Assembly (NCBI RefSeq): GCF_018977255.1
Contig: NW_024704750.1
Location: 11,718,001 to 11,782,000, forward strand
Length of the DNA stretch: 64,000 nt
Direction of reading: 5' to 3'
From: Callorhinchus milii
Lineage: Eukaryota
Shown here: positions 29,211-64,000 of the stretch, piece by piece
Position numbering within the stretch: position 1 is the first letter of the stretch
How the letters are laid out: every line of letters starts with the position of its first letter
Translations under genes and position numbers: made by a program
The notes under the pieces: generated by a model
Database searches by the model: none
What the model was told of the DNA's origin: nothing
What the model saw: the letters and a program-made list of their open reading frames with translations, nothing else

Positions 29211-31372
29211 CCTTTCACACCATTGAAGGCTTGTGGGCGAAACATGTCAGCTAATTTGCGGAATGTCCCACAAACGGGCATGGACTAAATGCAAGGATTA
29301 TCAATATACATGGGTGAGTCACTGCTGATTCACAGAAACAGCAGTTTCCACTTGGTTAGAAAAGTGAAATGTTTTACTGGAAAGATTTTGAGCAACAAAA
29401 TTCTGCACTTCAATTTTTCCACAGACTGTAGTTACCTAAGGTGTTTCGATGTTGAATAATATAATTTTAATAGAAGAATAATTTGGGATGGTATAGATGA
29501 CAATAGCCCCCCTTATGTGATTTGGGGTATTACAAATTGCTCTTTGAAAAAGATTCTGAGTCTGAGATGCCTCTTTGAGTGTCTCTGTCATTCTGTAAAC
29601 TGACAATTGTCATTGACTGCTGAATCCACCTGAGAGTAATGGTGCTGTAAATGTCTATGTCATTTCTTAAAAAACTAATCCCCCAGCCCCAGGGATAAAC
29701 TATTCAAAACTCCAGGCTTTGACTCCATCATTGCATTTCATCCATTCAACTCTGCTTTGTAACTTGTACACTTGGCATTTCCAGGAAGAAAGAGGAAGTT
29801 GCTACTTATTACTAATTCTCCGAGTAAGATGCCTCTCTTGAGTCAAAGTGATTGTTGGCATCTGAAGATTCTGAATAGAACTTTTTCCACTTGTTATTTG
29901 GCTTTGCTGTGTTTACAAGCATCTATATAAACCTTTGGATAAAGGATTTGTGTAATTTATAAACCAGAAAAGGAAACCTTAACAAGTTGACATTGATATT
30001 AATGTTTCTCCTTTTTACAGATGCCAGAATGGCAGAAGAAGACTTCAATTGAAAAAGATTAAGAACTGGTTGAACAAACACTGAAAGAAGAATAGAGATT
30101 TGTAATGTCGACTCAGGTGAGTTTGCTGAAGAGCGAAACTTTTTGTATCCTAGACCAATCTAGATTTCTAATGACTGAAGAAGGTCTGTAATGACAACAA
30201 GGACAACACTACATAGAATCAATTGTGAGCTTAATGGCATTCTTCCAGAAATTGAAGAAATTTATATCAATTTCAATCAGCTACAGCCAAATCCCATCTA
30301 GCTTGAATAATGTATAAAAATTGACTGCTATTATGACTCCACTATGGAAACTCAGTTGCAATTTAAAACATCACAAAAATGAGGAAAAAGTATTTAGTTG
30401 AAAGTATTATTGTTTCAGTATGAATTTTGAATATATGGTATTGAGAAGTCGTTATTCAATGTTCACTGAAACACAGGATAAGAAATTGTACGATTCCAGG
30501 TTATGTCAGCAGTTGATTCCACTTTATTCCCAGTGCGTGAAACTCCTGCAAGCATCATTGCCTACATTAAAGGCAGGACATTCTAAGATAATGTAAAAAA
30601 AACAAAGGCAGCATTTACTTGAAGTTCTTTTAACCTGCTTTGTACCTGCTTTTCATCAGAATCTGTTTGGTTGGTACGATTGCAGAAGTTACCGTGTTCA
30701 CTCAAGTGCCAGTTGCTTCAACTTTGTGGTGTCAGGTTTCAAATTTACTAAATGCAAACTTAAAATAATTGAGCTGTACATTAAACAATTACTGTTAACA
30801 ATTGCTTTAAATGCCACTGTTCATTTGCCAAACCTTGCTTGACATATCTGCTGGGTGCCAGCACCCAGGTGTAGATTCTTATCTTGAACAACTGATTTTT
30901 TGTTGTACTGTATGTTGTGCTACAATAATGTCATCTAATGCAATGCTAGGAATATCACTGGGGATCGCAACCTTTCTTTATGTGCTGTCCCAGGGCTTCA
31001 GTTGTCTAAATCCAGACTAACTGTTTGAAACCTTTGGTGTTTCCGTTGCTGCCAGGACAATAATCCTTGGAGCATTTCCTTCCTCTGCACAGGCAAGGCC
31101 ATGACTGAGTCATGATGAAGAAAATTTAGTCTAAAACAAGTAAAATGACAGCCTTTTTATTTTTTAAAAGCTCTCTCAGGCTGACTTTCAAATGGGCATA
31201 ATTATTTCTCCTCTACCTCCTGACTGTGGCCCAAGCCAAAAGAATTTGACCAAAATAAGCAGTCAATATTCTAGGAGATCGTGAAATTAGGATTCTCATA
31301 TCTTTGGAATTTTGGAAGGGCGTTGAGAGCAAATCAAACCTCCAGAAACTGGTACACATGCTTAGATAACAC

Positions 31373-31383
31373 TTTAATTTATT
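31373..31383 (-). terminator. Candidate PRKD1 polyadenylation signal (overlapping AATAAA/ATTAAA), giving a 3'UTR of about 0.9 kb
   Basis: Minus strand reads AATAAATTAAAG, followed by GT-rich sequence (gtgttatc...gtttctggaggtttgatttg); other AATAAA hexamers exist, e.g. near 32137 and 31156. Confidence 0.5.
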
Positions 31384-31594
31384 AAATTTTTTTAGACAGA
31401 GGCCAGGTGGTATCAAGCAATTTTGAGTTAAAATAGAACAAGAATCTCTCGGAAAGAAGGTAGCAGACTTCATTCTGACCTACCCTGTAAGGAATACCAT
31501 AAATAAGGCATTGAGGCTTACAAGAGCAGCTCAATTTGTACATAAAACAATAGAATTGTTCCATCTCTGTATAAGTCTTTGTGTGCTATCTCTT

Positions 31595-31613
31595 CCCCCC
31601 CCCCCCCCCCCCC
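31595..31613. repeat. C19 homopolymer (G19 in the PRKD1 3'UTR)
   Basis: Directly visible. Confidence 0.9.
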
Positions 31614-32258
31614 ACCACACCACCATCTCTTTTTGCAATTTGGTGTTTTAAAGTATCACCTTCCCAATGCGGTTATCACAAAAGTTACATCTACACTTAA
31701 AAAAATCTTTTGTTCTAAACAAGCTGAAATTGTTCACAGAACAGCAGCTATGTCATACTCTTCCAAGAGTTGGCATACGGCTAAATACTGAAAGAGTTCA
31801 AACCACATTATGAAGCAAAAATGTACAAATGGGTAGCTCTCCAACTACAAATGAGTTGCAGAGTACATCAAAATGTATGCCAGGAAAGGCACACTGGATA
31901 CCATCATGGAATGTGAAAAACACAATATATTCACCAACAATTGTAAATTCAGTGCCTCCTATGAGCACAGTTTATATAAGACCATGTCACATGCACGCAA
32001 AAATATATGCACTGAAATGCAATAAATGAAGTTGATGAATTGAATCTCGAGGATACAAGGACTTTTTAACTAGGGCCACATTGTAATGGGAGGTTGAAAC
32101 TGCGTATTTAATGGCCGTTGCTTTGCAAGGATTTTTTTTATTAGCTGAAACCATGCTCCTGTCTTAAGTTGTGGTTATGGCACAAGTTGTAACTTGTGAC
32201 TACAGTTTAAGACTACTGTTCTCGAATTTCCCTGGAATACTGGACACTTTGCTGCCTT

Positions 32259-63924
<31,666 letters not shown>

Positions 63925-64000
63925 CTGCAAGCATTTGAAAGTAAAAGATACATTCTGTAAGTTATAGAGACACAGAATCTTAATACAAATTTGTTGTTCT

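Noticed and set aside
893-31020. Dozens of 60-118 aa ORFs in the left half
   Set aside because: No recognisable domains, no consistent exon chain, and lengths expected by chance given alternative start codons.

Overview
Eukaryotic (vertebrate) genomic DNA, AT-rich and intron/repeat-dominated; most ORFs in the supplied track are spurious or retroposon-derived. The right half (about 31.3-64 kb, minus strand) holds the 3' portion of a protein kinase D1 gene (PRKD1): 15 constitutive coding exons traced splice site by splice site (end of C1a, C1b, acidic region, PH domain, kinase domain, C-terminal ERVSIL*), 2207 coding nt in one continuous frame, plus a 24-nt candidate alternative microexon and a GC-AG intron. 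The 5' exons lie beyond the window end. The left half (1-31 kb) is gene-free sequence downstream of PRKD1; by human synteny it is expected to be the FOXG1-PRKD1 regulatory desert. Repeats are CR1 and L2 LINE relics and tRNA-headed, Deu-domain-like SINEs, a repertoire suggesting a cartilaginous fish, probably a chimaera such as the elephant shark (inference). I found no evidence for a new multi-gene system. The most interesting observations are the microexon, the GC donor, a candidate convergent non-coding exon, templated-insertion scars, nested retroposons and an unclassified repeat family.
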